Positions 12,590 to 24,450 of a stretch of DNA of 64,000 nt are shown here, piece by piece (position 1 is the stretch's first letter; each line of letters starts with the position of its first letter). The translations under genes were made by a program, and so were the position numbers. This DNA is from Isurus oxyrinchus (taxonomy: Eukaryota), in assembly GCA_026770705.1 (NCBI GenBank), contig JANJGN010000192.1:62001-126000 (forward strand), in the 5' to 3' direction. Under the pieces are notes generated by a model. It was not told where the DNA came from. It was given only the letters and a program-made list of their open reading frames with translations, and did not search any database.

Positions 12590-12900
12590 GTCATGGCACT
12601 GGATTAGTAACCCAGAGGAGTGAATGCTCAAGGTTCAAATCCAACCCTGGCAGCTGATCGAATTTAAAATTGTTTGAGAAATTCTGGGATGTAAATCTAA
12701 TCTAAATAATGTTGACCCACATTAAGCTGTCATCGATTGTTATAAAAATATATCACGTTTACAACTGCTCTTTCAGGGTGGAAATCTGTTGTCCTTACCC
12801 TATATGGCCGGCAGAAATGTGGTTGACTCTTAACCATTCTCAAGGGATGTGGATGCCGACCTTGTCAGGGATGTCACATTTCAGATAATGTAAAAACCCT
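12590..12900 (+). mobile_element. tRNA-derived SINE
   Basis: B box GGTTCAAATCC, core GGAAATCTGTTGTCCTTACC..AATGTGGTTGACTCTTAAC, and tail. Confidence 0.7.
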
Positions 12901-13386
12901 TTGTTCCAACCCTCTGTAAGGCATATAGTGGCCTGCTTAGCTCAGCCTAAAACTTTGATGTTTAAAGAATCCAATGAGTGATTCTTGTCTGCAGACTGAA
13001 AATTTAAATGACAAATCTCAACAATCAAGCTTTGACTCGCTGTTTATGATGATTTACTCCCCGCCATTGAAACATTTATTTTCCACTTTCGCAAAAAGGC
13101 CAGCAGTCATTCCCAGCATCATGGCAGACCTCAAGGGGAAACTGCCAATCAACCACTCATGCATGTCGAAATTGCATAACTCCAGGGTCAAAAAGAAACC
13201 ATTTTCAAACAAAGGATACCTCCTGGAGGCAGGATTCAAGAACGGGAATGGGAGCGGAGATATGACACAAGTACTATTCTTTCAGAAAATGAAAGCACAA
13301 TGTCCAGTTTTCACATCCCATTAGTAGCAACACACATTTGCAGTCTTTAGACTATCAGGAGCTCAAATTATTTACCTAACTTTCAG

Positions 13387-13592
13387 AACCGTGGCCAAGA
13401 GAAGGTGGAGCTGCAACATGCCTGAACAATTGAAGAACCTGAAAAATTTGGAAAAGAGAAATCTGGTTGGAAGCCGTCTGGTACATCAACTCTTCACTAG
13501 CGATGCACTACCGAAAACAAACTGCAGGGGTCAAGCTTCTACAGCAGACGGGAGGAGGCCTTTACCCTTGAAGGCGATTGAGGCTGTCAAGG
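13387..13592 (+). CDS. putative BEN-domain-like exon
   Basis: Acceptor tttcag|, open frame ...GSRLVHQLFTSDALPKTNCRGQASTADGRRPLPLKAIEAVK, and donor G|GTGAGT. It resembles the BEN core LxxxLFT.eeL...xxG...r.pL.p..l.AIK. Confidence 0.45.
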
Positions 13593-14602
13593 GTGAGTGC
13601 ATATATGAACCAGTAGCCAGGCATTTATAAAGCAACTAAATATGTTGCATGTAATTCTCAGGGGCGGCTGGCTGGTGAACGAAACACTTCGTCTGCGACC
13701 AAATGTTTCACTCAAACAGTCTCTGTCTTGTGATTTTAATACGCAAATGCGTTACCTTGTCGGAGTTCATGAGACAGCACCATCGACAGGATGGAGAGCC
13801 AGTGACGGGAAAGACAGAGCTGAACCGAATAATAAACAGCTGCTGCACAATTGCAAGACTGCGGCCCAGCTGGAGGCTGGATAGCATAAGGGTAGGGATC
13901 TCCCCGGCACTGCAGGGTGAACACAAATATATTCACGTTTCATTTCAAAAGTTGGGTATTTTTCCCTCCTTGTGTTCCTGTTCGGGAAATGATTCAAGAG
14001 TAAAAATAAATCCCTATCATTATTAAAAGTCCCAAATTGTGGTCAGAAGAAGTGCTATTTTGCCAGGATTTGCAACAAAACAGATAACCCGAATTGAAGA
14101 CATTTTCATTGTCTCCGAATTCTGCTAGACTTTCCCTGCAGGTGCAGGATTTACATTTTTTCGTCAGTCGTGCGCATGATTGTGAATAGGCGTGTGCCGT
14201 GTATTCAATGACAATTCCCGAGATTGGCAACTTCCCTGGAAGTTTGGTGTGAATATGACATGCTCAGATCTCAATGGCGATCAGATTTTCCCATTGATAA
14301 ACCGAGACACTACACAAAAGAGGAATGATTCACGATGTGAATGTGCTGATTGGAGGACATTTCAATTTCATTCATTCAACAAATCTAACAATTTGTGGGT
14401 TATTATGCATCATAATTTCCTGATTGCAACTGATGAACAGCAAGTTCAATCAGATAAGGTACCCGGTCATCCTTCCACTCTCTGAGAAAACTGAAGGAAG
14501 CCCGCAACCCTCCAATCCCACATTGTGCCACTTCAGCATTTTCATTTGTTACTGAGTGAAGTTAACCCCAGGTTTCTCAACTCTATAGCAAAGTTCAGTA
14601 AT

Positions 14603-14662
14603 TCCTCGTTAGTTTCCCCGCCTGTCACGCGTGAGACCGGGTTTCAATTCCCCGACGGGGCG
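14603..14662 (+). pseudogene. tRNA-Asp(GTC) pseudogene with 12-nt D-arm deletion
   Basis: TCCTCGTTAGT[deleted ATAGTGGTGAGT]TTCCCCGCCTGTCACGCGTGAGACCGGGTTTCAATTCCCCGACGGGGCG compared with canonical vertebrate tRNA-Asp. Confidence 0.92.
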
Positions 14663-15730
14663 TGGGCGTAGGTGTAGTCGTATTATCTTCATGAAAAGAA
14701 ACACACGAAATTGGAAATGTCTTTGACGTCGGTTGATGTTCCTGATGGAATGTAGATAAAGATTTCGTCTCAGCGACAGGGAGATTCAGGGACTGAGCCT
14801 GCTCTTACAGATCCCGGAACATTAGTGTTCCTTGAGAGGAAAGGCATTTCACACCAACAGTCAGCCGACCGTTCCCTATGTGTCCGAACACCCAAAGCTT
14901 GCTCTTTTACTTAAACTGGGCTGAATCGGAATTTAAGTGAAATTTGTGAATTGGTACTTTGAAACCAGTGCAGCTAGCTGAGAGAAGGCATTTTAAAACC
15001 CAGAGAAACCGGCCACACTCGATTTAGTTAAGACTAACGAGGCAGAATTCATTAGTAATCTGGTAGTAAACGCGCATCTTGTAAACAGTGACTGTAACAT
15101 GACAGAGCAAATTACATTATAAACTCTGCCACCATTATATTAATTTATTAAACGTATTTTCCCTTTATTTCCATTGCTTTTTGACGGCAGCATTTCTGGA
15201 TCCTGCCTTTCATCCTCGCCTCTTCGCAACATTTTTTTCTTATCCCATTGCCTGTCCCTCAGTGAACACGACGATTCTCCTCATTCCAGCTCTATTTTCT
15301 GCTCTCTGCACTATCAGCAGCTCCTTGGAACAGAGGTTATATTCTCTTTTGATCTTTCATTGAATAAAATTTGAAAGATGGTGAAGGCCATTCATATTCC
15401 TCTCTCTCCCTCCTCGCCAATCATTCAGTTTTCTTCCTCTGTAAATCTGTTTGCCTCTGGAACTCACTCGTAACCCTCTTCAATTCCCGTCACCAAACCA
15501 CAAGTCAGTCCCTAAATTTAACGCACTGTCTGACCATTTACCGAAGTCCTTCCTCGTGATTACAGGAGCGATTCGATACAATTCTTTGTAACCTTGAGCA
15601 AGTAAGACCAGCTCAAAACTATTTCCGCTGACTGGGAATCTAGGACCCAGTGCAACCGTCAAAGAGTTACAGTCAGAGTTTTTACCGAGAGAATTAGAAA
15701 AAGAATTCTACACACAAAGTGTTCGAGAAC
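14663..15730 (+). repeat. tRNA-Asp cassette 3' flank, duplicated at about 21590-22540
   Basis: Shared blocks include AAACG(C/T)GCATCTTGTAAAC..TGACTGTAACATGACAGAG and TGAATAAAATTTGAAAGATGGTGAA. Confidence 0.9.
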
Positions 15731-16589
15731 TTCTGTGCACGGAAATTTATCTGCGTGAAATGATCATAGGACAAATTACAGCACTTCAACCGACAACCTT
15801 CTGATAACCTTGCACGGCACAGTGAAGTAAAATGCCTTATCTAGTATGCCATACGACCATAACAGCAACAATCTAAGAAGTATCATTTCTTTTTCCGTAA
15901 CGGTCAGGAACCTGAATCAGTATGTCGACAGCGCACATTGCACACAATTCTCATCCCTTCCTGAATCTGAGCTATCATATTTTCTATGAACCTTGTTCGT
16001 TATTGTGTTGTCTAAACACTGAGCCACAATGAATTCACCAGGATCCCGATACTGGAGTTACTGACAGCTGTCAGTTCACTCAGTGTTAAAAGACGGGAAT
16101 CGGGCGGAATTGGGGACAACACATTCTCTGGGAGACTGAGTCCTCACTAAACTACCGGGAGGGGGAGAGTCAGGAACACAACAACTGTGACACACTGCAC
16201 TGTTCACTGACTCTTCATCCTTCTCAGTGAACCCAGTGTCAGGAATTATTGATATTAATGGTTCATGAACAGCAAATATCCTGCAGGGAATGATCCCAAT
16301 AGGGCGTCTTAAGGGGCAAATTTCAGCTTTAAAGGCTCTCACTCCTTGGCCACAGTCTGGGACATGTTGTTCAGATTCTGATTGCAGTGAAATACGAAAT
16401 GTCCCGCACTGACATAATGTTCCAGAGATACAGATACAGTAACAATCCTAATATTGAACAATAATGGCTGACGCTGTATCAATTTTACAGCTAATGTCTC
16501 TGATAAAACTGCATGATATTAGGCAGACTGACAGGCTGTTATCAGATGAACACTCAATACTTGATCATGCTAAACATCGGCCAACTGCG

Positions 16590-17045
16590 ACCCTGCCTCA
16601 GCTATTCAGCTGCTGCAACCCTCATCCACGCCTTTGTTCACTCTAGACATGACTATTCTAGTGTTCACCTGGCCGGCCTCCCATCTTCCACCCCACACAT
16701 ACCTGTGCTCATCCAAAATTCTGCCGCCTGGAACATCACCTGAACCAAGAACAGTTCTCAAATCACCCCCGTGATTGCTGACCGACATTGGCTCCTGCCC
16801 CAGAAATGCCACAATTTAAAAACCCTCATCCTTACTTTAAAATCTCTCCATGACTTTTAATTTCTCTGCAACATCTTCCAGCCCAACAAATCTTCCAGAT
16901 TCGTCCTGTTCTGCCATCTTGTGCATTCCGGGTTTTAATCTCTACAGCATCGAAAACCGTGTATTCAGTTGACCTGGTCTAAAATTCTGGACTGCCTTCC
17001 TAAACCCCTCCACTTTTCCAGCTCTCTCTCATCTTTCCCACATTT
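16590..17045 (+). mobile_element. L2 LINE 3' fragment
   Basis: AATLIHAFV.SR.DYS..LAGLP...LIQNSAA and ITPVIA..HWL are L2 ORF2 C-terminal motifs. Confidence 0.85.
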
Positions 17046-17658
17046 TCCAATTTTTTGAGATGATTTCTTTAAATATTTCACCTCTTTCCCAACTCAATGT
17101 TTCCTGTGAAAATTTCAAGGCTGTGCTCAGTTCCTTGCATATTTATGGTTTATCCGAAGTGATGTAGGGCATATCCTGAGAAATCTGACTGAAATGCTGC
17201 ATATTCTAGGGGAAACTGTGCATCGGTTTTGTAATCTGCCTTTGAGGGATAGCAGCATGATTTACTAGAAGGGAAATGATCCGTGCAATTCATTCATAGC
17301 TTCACTGTTGCCTGTGAGCAGAACAAGGCAACGCTGTGATGCCTTCAAACGTTCTACCTGTGGACAAATATTTATGTGTCCCTCATCTAAATATATGAAA
17401 CCGTACCAAACACCGCCACGTTTGCTGACCTAGCAAACTAGCTCCTGACCCGCCAATGTCTCAATTATAAAATCCTCATTCTCAATTTCAAATCCCTCCA
17501 TGACTATGTTCCTCCCTTATAAATGTGGACCTTGGAAATCACTTTGCTTGAATTAGAGCCGCATGTGTTTTCAGAACAAAATCTCATCTCATCAGAATCC
17601 ACTACTGCTTGGAGCTCCTGAACTCAGAAATGTAAAATGAACAAACTGCGATTGTTGC

Positions 17659-17706
17659 AGATCAACTGCTTGAAAAGCAGCTATGCTCATCACCAGCCCA
17701 CCATAT
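17659..17706 (-). pseudogene. tRNA-Gly(TCC)-derived fragment, 3'-truncated
   Basis: TGGTGGGCTGGTGATGAGCATAGCTGCTTTTCAAGCAGTTGATC compared with canonical TGGTGGTATAGTGGTGAGCATAGCTGCCTTCCAAGCAGTTGACC. Confidence 0.75.
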
Positions 17707-18339
17707 TTAACGATATGTACTTGACTGGGGCAATGTATCTCAAAGCAGTTACCCTCTTTTTGAATGGTGTTTGGCGCCTCCATCATTATAACAACAGAAA
17801 ATGGTGTTATGCAATGGTCAGACAGATTGGCATTAAGATTAACTACAGATACGATTGGTGAACAATATCAGTTTGTGCTACATGGCATGAAGCAACTCTT
17901 GGAGTTTTTATCAGACCTAAAAAGAGTCGAAGCTCGGAGAGCATTGAGAAAACAACGCGCTGACTGTCCAGAAAAGGGTCTAAGGCAGAGTCAGATAGTG
18001 TTCAAATGAAGCACAGGGAAGCTGACGGATCCTTCATGATTAGATGGCAATGCATGGCCTGTCCGTTCAGTGAGTAGGAGGGGGTGTGAAGAGAACCAGC
18101 ACCAGATTATGCCAGTCAAGAAAGGCGACTGACCTGGGCATGTATTGGATTGACAGGGAGCGAGGGAGAGTCAAAGAATGAAAATAAAAATAAAGAAAAC
18201 TGCATAAAAATCAGGCCAGAGAAGGCTACAATTATATTGGCACAACTTAGGAAAAGACAGCAAAAGCAGCCACAGTGAAAGTCAGTCCAAGTACCATAGA
18301 AGATGGATGGTCAAAGGGACTTTGTCAAAATGTCCACAA

Positions 18340-18860
18340 AATTCTCCAGATTGAATTCGGATGTAGCTGAACTACCAGCCGAATTCAAAAAGTTTAAACT
18401 TAGCTATTGTTCTTTGCTTCTCTTATGCCCGGGCCAGACAAGCAAGCCATTAAAATTGGCCTACATTTGTGAACGAAGGTCTACGCAGGCTGAACATGTC
18501 AGGATTAACAGCAGACGAGCTAAAGGATGCGCAAAGATATAGGTTATATTCGAAGACGGTTTCAGAATCACGTTCAACTTCAGAATTCATCATCGACAGG
18601 TCATGTCATTTCCACAACAGATCGAAGCCATGGACAACTTCATCAGCAGATGGTGAAAGGGGTCCTTCGTATGATTTTTCAAGTGCAGAAATAGTTGGCA
18701 GAATTGTTCACTTGTTAATCGCATAGACACATTGCAGTAAGACATACAAAACAAGCCAACAATTAATATCATCAAAGTGATACTCAAGGCTGGACATAAG
18801 TATGAAATGATCTTCGGTGGTCAATGATGCTTAAAGGTTCCAAGTGCAATACCGACTGTT
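18340..18860 (+). mobile_element. Ty3/Gypsy gag remnant
   Basis: Frameshifted NEGLRRLNMSGLTADELKD / IFEDGFRITFNFRIHHRQVMSFPQQIEAMDNFISR / YDFSSAEIVGRIV resembles Gypsy gag (Q..ESIDxF.. motif). Confidence 0.6.
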
Positions 18861-19129
18861 GTTGCACTCAAACTAAGCCAGGCATGTCCAAGTCAGGAAG
18901 ACGCATTTAGAATGATGTGTGAACAGGCCAACATTTATTCGCGTAGCTTCCCCTTCCAGTTAGATGTTAAATTGTCCACCATCATACGTGACTCGATGTG
19001 GCAGGACTGCAGAGCTTAGATCTGACTCAGCAGTTGTGCGGTCGTTTCGAAAGTGATTGCCTGTGTGGCAGGGAACAACATTTTTCATGACACAAAGAGT
19101 GTTGTAATGGGTGTGAGGCAAATAAGATT

Positions 19130-19680
19130 TTTTTGAGGCTCAATCTCAGCACCAGCTGGTGTATTCCGTCTGGTTCTGGGCGCTGCATTTGAGGAAGAAA
19201 GTGAAGATGTGAAGGATATTGGAAATAGTGGGGAGAATGTCCTCAAGAATTGTTTCTGGGATGCAGAACTTCAGTTATGCAGATGGATTGGAGAAGTTAG
19301 CACTGTTTTCCTTGGGGAAGTGAAGGTTGGGAACTGATTTGATAGAGGTATTAAAAATCATGAGGGGTTTGGGCAGTGTACATAGGGAGAATGTGTTCCC
19401 ACCCGTGAAAGGATCGAGATTGAGAGGGTACAGGTTGGATTTAGTTGATAAAAGAAGATAAAATGACATGAGGGAATGTTTTTGTTTTCACTGTATGTGG
19501 TTCCGTTCTGGGATGTATTGCCTGAGATTGGGTCAGACAGAATTGGCCTGATATCTCCAAAGGAAAAATGTGCAGGGCTAGAGGAAGAAGCCAGGGAATG
19601 TCTCATTCGGAGGTCTGCTGCAGACAGGATGGACCGAATGACCTTCTGCTGCACTGTAACATTTCTGTATTCCTGTGGGT
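19130..19680 (+). mobile_element. CR1 LINE 3' end
   Basis: RLEKLALFSL...DLIEVLKIMRG motifs and a 3'UTR. Inverted paralogs lie at 22560-23000, 49420-50000 and 52800-53230. Confidence 0.85.
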
Positions 19681-20489
19681 ACAGTAAAGAATAGAAAATG
19701 TGTCCAGATGAAGGTGTGAGTGGCAGCATAGCAACCGCCTATTTGTAACATGATGTAGAAAGAAAGAACCGTGACAAAACCAAACCCGGAAAATAAAATT
19801 AGGCGCAACAACGAACATGGAGGCAGATATTATGATGTACATTTCTTGAACTCAATGTTCAGTCCAGAAAGCTGTAGGTTAGTTGTTTCACTCGAGGTTT
19901 GCTGTTGCTGAGGCTAGTTTGCCCCTAGAATATGTTCAGTAATGTTGTGTCTATTTGATGACTAACTCCATCTGCTCACCTTTGCCTCTTTTTCCTTAAA
20001 ACCCTCCTTTAACAAAACTTGATCAATCTCAGATTGAAAACATAACAATCAATCAAACATTAGATTTCGTTCACAGAATGTGACCCTGAAGTTCTAGCTC
20101 GCTTTGTGTGTAGAATAGTTTCCTAATTTCCATGCTGGAATCTCTGGTTTTAATGTTTTCACTCCGAGATTTCCAGCCAATAGAAATAGATTCTTCGACT
20201 GATTGATCTGTTTCCCTTAGCATTTGGAAAGCTTGTGTCAAATCACTGCAGAAATCAGGAAAGGGGACTTCATTACTGGGGCAATCAGTGGCTTCAGCAT
20301 AGGGACTGAGCTTTGGTTTAGTGTCCGGAATTGAGGAGCGTTAGGAGGGAGCTCACGAGACAGCAGACCTATGGAAGAAGAAAACTGGATAATTAGCAAG
20401 GAGGAAGAACGAGGAATATAAATATTGTTCGCAACTTTTTCACAAACCTTTGAAATGGAAAATGAAAACAGTGCAGTCACTGGAAAAGT

Positions 20490-21075
20490 GAAAATGAAAC
20501 ATAAGCATAAAAAGGACCCAAAATGCTTTAGCAGGTCATAGAGCATAGAGCATCAATGTAAACAAACACAATGACCTGTTCAGGTCGATGGATTTTCATC
20601 AGAACAATAGAACTGTAAAAGGATATAATGTTTCACCAGTGGAGAGCGGGAGGGCGCAGACTTAACAAAAGAGGCGATTGAGGGTTTTTGGTGGGGCGGT
20701 GTATTGTTGGGGTGGAGGAGAGAAACTGTGTCATCGTACAAAAGCTGAACACAATTGTAATGATTCTGATCAAAAAAAACAAAGGATGTGTCCAGATGAG
20801 ATTGTGAATGGCTGCATAGAAACCGGCCATTTTATTTTTAATGTTAACGTTCTTGGTAAGTGCATTGGCATTTTTCCCGCCATTGAAGGGCCTGTAATCA
20901 GCATCAGTGGTGCAGTGGTGAATATAATCTGTCTTCCGTGCAGTTGATTCATGTTCCATTCCCACCAATCTCAGTTTGAGGAAGTTATGCCGACTCGAAA
21001 CGTTAACTTGGTTATTCTCTCTACACAAGCTGCCAGACCTGCTGAGCTTTTCGAGTATGTTCTGTTTTTATTATT
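20490..21075. mobile_element. Penelope-derived element with inverted terminal modules
   Basis: The left module AGCAGGTC..AGCAT..CAGGTCGATG..TTCATCAGAAC is mirrored by the right module GACTCGAAACGTTAAC..GCTGCCAGACCTGCTGAG..TTCTGTTTTTATT. Confidence 0.65.
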
Positions 21076-21517
21076 GTTAATTTTAAAACTCTCAAATAAG
21101 AAATGCCAAGCTCGGAGATTATTTTGATCCGTTTCGGTGAGATTTGTTCCGAAAAGACACGCGGGAGAAATTTAAATCAGAATATTTCCAACCGCCACTT
21201 TCTTCAACTTGGATATAACATAATCAATCCTTCAGTCCTCTGGCATCACTGGCTCTTTCAGTCTCTGTCTCTCTCCACCTCTCTATCATTACCTCCGCAT
21301 CACACACACACACATACGTTCACCATTGCACTTTGTGTCTTTATATATAATAGATTGCTTTTTAAACAGGACGATAATTATTCTCGTTTAGGTCAGTCAG
21401 AAAGCATCTCCTCGGCAGCAGTGCAATGATCATTGCTTTGCTGTGCTGTAAAGGAGTTTGTCTGTGCATGTCAGAGGCATGAAAGATCTAAACCTGTACC
21501 CATCATGCAGTTCAGTT

Positions 21518-21589
21518 TACTCGTTAGTATAGTGGTGAATATCTCCACTTGTCACGTCTGAGACTAGTGTTCAATTCCCCGACGAGGAG
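21518..21589 (+). pseudogene. tRNA-Asp(GTC) pseudogene, full length with many substitutions
   Basis: TACTCGTTAGTATAGTGGTGAATATCTCCACTTGTCACGTCTGAGACTAGTGTTCAATTCCCCGACGAGGAG. The anticodon and T stems are disrupted. Confidence 0.9.
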
Positions 21590-23845
21590 ATTGCTCTGGT
21601 ATTCATCGAGGGAAAGCACGCACAATTAGAAACAGAGCTTGAAATTGGTTGGTATGTGAGAGACAGATGCAGATAAAGATTGTTTATCAACAGAGTCAAG
21701 AATCTGCGGTTGTTTTCAGAGATTCCCGGGATATGAGAGCCCCTTGAAAAGACGGGCCCTTAACCCACACAGTCAGGCGACATTTCCGTGCGTGCGTTAA
21801 CGCAGAAACTGGCTCTTTCACCTCAATTGGGCTGAATCGTAATTTCTGTGAAAATAGTGCTTTGGCAGATTGAATCGAGGACAGTTTGCTGAAAAAGGTA
21901 TTTTAAAACGGAGAGGAACCGGGCTATGCTCGATTTGTTAACGTGTATACAAGTAGTATTCATTAATAATCTGACAATAAACGTGCATCTTGTAAACGCT
22001 GACTGTAACATGACAGAGAAAGTTAGATTTTAATCTCTGCCACCATTTGGTTCATTTTTAAAATTTACTTTTTTCCGTCATTTCCTTTGCTTTTTGACAG
22101 CAGCTATTCAGAATCCACCGTCTTTTGTTTCCTTCCTTACCCCGTTTCCTCTCCCTCAGTAAACACCAGACTTCTGCTAATTTCAGTTCTATTTCCGGTC
22201 ACTGCACTAATCAGCAGCTCCTTGGCACAGAGATGTTTTTTTTTTCCTTTGGGTCCTTCATTGAATAAAATTTGAAAGATGGTGAACGCCATTCACATTC
22301 CTCGCTTTTCCTCATCGCCTAACGTTCAGTTTTCCCCCACTGGAACTTTGCTTGGTTCTTGAACTCCCTCCTGACCCTCTTCAAATCCGGACACTAAAGC
22401 ACAGCTCAGTCCCTACATTTTACCGACTGAAAGCTTCTTTACCGAAACCCATAATCATGATTGCAGAAGGAATTTGGTAATTCTTCTTGAAAATTTTTTC
22501 CTATGACTTGGAACCTGAGACCCAGGGCCACAAGCAAGGATTTAAAGCCAGATAACAGTGTAACTCTCTTGTTAATGCTTCCTTTGAACCTGCCTCCAGC
22601 ACATTCTGAGGCCGTGCATTCCAGGCCTTAACCACTTTTTGCAAGAAAAGTAAAGTGTTTCCTCGTGTCACTTTTGCTTTTTTTAAATGAACTATTTTAA
22701 ATTTCTACCATCTCAGTCTTGAACATTTGGCGAACGGGAACACTTTCTCCCTGTCCCTTCTGACCAGGCACTACGTGATTTTTAATCCTTCTATCAAATC
22801 TCCTCTCAGCCTTCTTTTCTCCCAGGAAAACAGTCCTAACATCTCCAATCTACCATCATAACTGAAGTTCCTCATTCCAGGAGTATTCTCGTGAATATTT
22901 TCTGCCCTTTTTCCAACATCCTTCAAATCATCATATCGTTCCTATAGAGCAGCAATCAGTGCCAGACGGGATATAACAACTGAGACTCAACTAGTGCCTT
23001 CGACAAATCCTGTGCATCTCTGTCCCATTACAACACTTGTTTTTTGTGCCTATTGTCTCACAGACATTTTCTTTTGATATGGTCCCACAATCAAAGGATC
23101 AGACTTAAGCTGTGCAGAGATTGCACGTACAGTGGAGAAGAAGGATGCACAAATAAATGTTGGCTTTACCAGCAATTCTCTCAACCAAGAACGAAAAATA
23201 GTAAAAGCTGTTGATGTATTCCAAAACCTACAGCAACCCTAACCTGGGGTCATTTCGAAGTCTCAGCTGAAATAATCTCAATTTGACCTCAACCTCATTG
23301 CCTATACACTGACATTTAAAATATAATCATAGAACGGGCACAGAACAGAAGGCCATTTGGCCCATCCTCTATGTGCTGGCTTTCAGAAGGAGAATTTCTC
23401 CCATTATCAATCCTTCGCCTTCTTCCTGTTCCCTGCATAACACCGCCCCCCACTCTCCACCCTTTTCAGGGCTTCCAAACTTTTCTATTTCCTTCAGGAT
23501 AGAAGAATAAAGTTTTCAAACCTGTTAAAGTGATTTGTTAGGTTAAACACGGAAAAACTGTTTCTCCCGCCGGTAAGAATGGGGTTGAAACTTGATATGT
23601 TTTTGCCTCTGATCCATAGCGATCGTGACAGCCAAGGCAAAAATCAGGAAGCACTTTTCAGGCTTAGAGTAAATGGAAACCTGAAAACAATTCTAAAGTC
23701 GATCGAAGCTGCCGCAATTACGAGATTGTGGGTATTTTTCTGTAAATCAAAGGGTTCTCCGTTTCTTCAGTTCTCCTTGAAGAACGTCCATGATTCGTTT
23801 TGTTGCCGTTTTACTAGGAGCGAACACCTTGAGCCAAAAAGACAA

Positions 23846-23917
23846 CGACCAAACAGCGATGGAAACCTGGATCCTCAGGATAAAAGACTGATGCTCTACC
23901 GACAGAGGTACCTGGGC
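23846..23917 (-). pseudogene. tRNA-Lys(TTT) pseudogene
   Basis: GCCCAGGTACCTCTGTCGGTAGAGCATCAGTCTTTTATCCTGAGGATCCAGGTTTCCATCGCTGTTTGGTCG compared with canonical GCCCGGATAGCTCAGTCGGTAGAGCATCAGACTTTTAATCTGAGGGTCCAGGG... Confidence 0.9.
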
Positions 23918-24366
23918 TTCGTTTAACATTCTTCCCACAGCCGCCTTCACTGTCCACAAAGAGGCATCGCAAACTTTTGTTGCATTTCTTTCTCTGGCAG
24001 TTCTGTTTTTTTTATATTGCCAGCTTTGAAGCTGCTGTGCTTTTCCAGCTGAAAGGATGGTGGAATCAGGTTCAATCGGGATTGCAATAGTACTAATTTA
24101 CAGGGTAATGGGAAAAAGATGGATTGTGGAACAATATTAACAGATCTATCAAAGAGCATGGACATCCTCGATGGGCCGACAGGCTTCCTTCTGACTGATA
24201 GGATTCCGCGATTCACGAGTTTCATTTCGACATGGGCTGGGGGATTAGAAAAGGGCTCACGAGGTGAAGGTGATGAACGAATGATTCCAAGCAATTGTCT
24301 GATGTTTTGTACATTACATTGTGCCTGGCATTTTGTAGCGACATGTAACAAGGCTGCATTTGTCCA

Positions 24367-24450
24367 GCTGTGGCGACCGAGTGGTTGCGGTGTTGTGCAT
24401 GACTGTTGTTAATGCGGTTGGGAGTGAACGTTCAAACACTGCTCGCAGCC
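24367..24450 (+). pseudogene. tRNA-Ser (CGA-type) highly degenerate pseudogene
   Basis: The ends GCTGTGGCGACCGAGTGGTT..GGTGTTG and GTTCAAACACTGCTCGCAGC match tRNA-Ser(CGA) GCTGTGATGGCCGAGTGGTTAAGGCGTTG...GTTCGAATCCTGCTCACAGC. The middle is scrambled. Confidence 0.65.
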
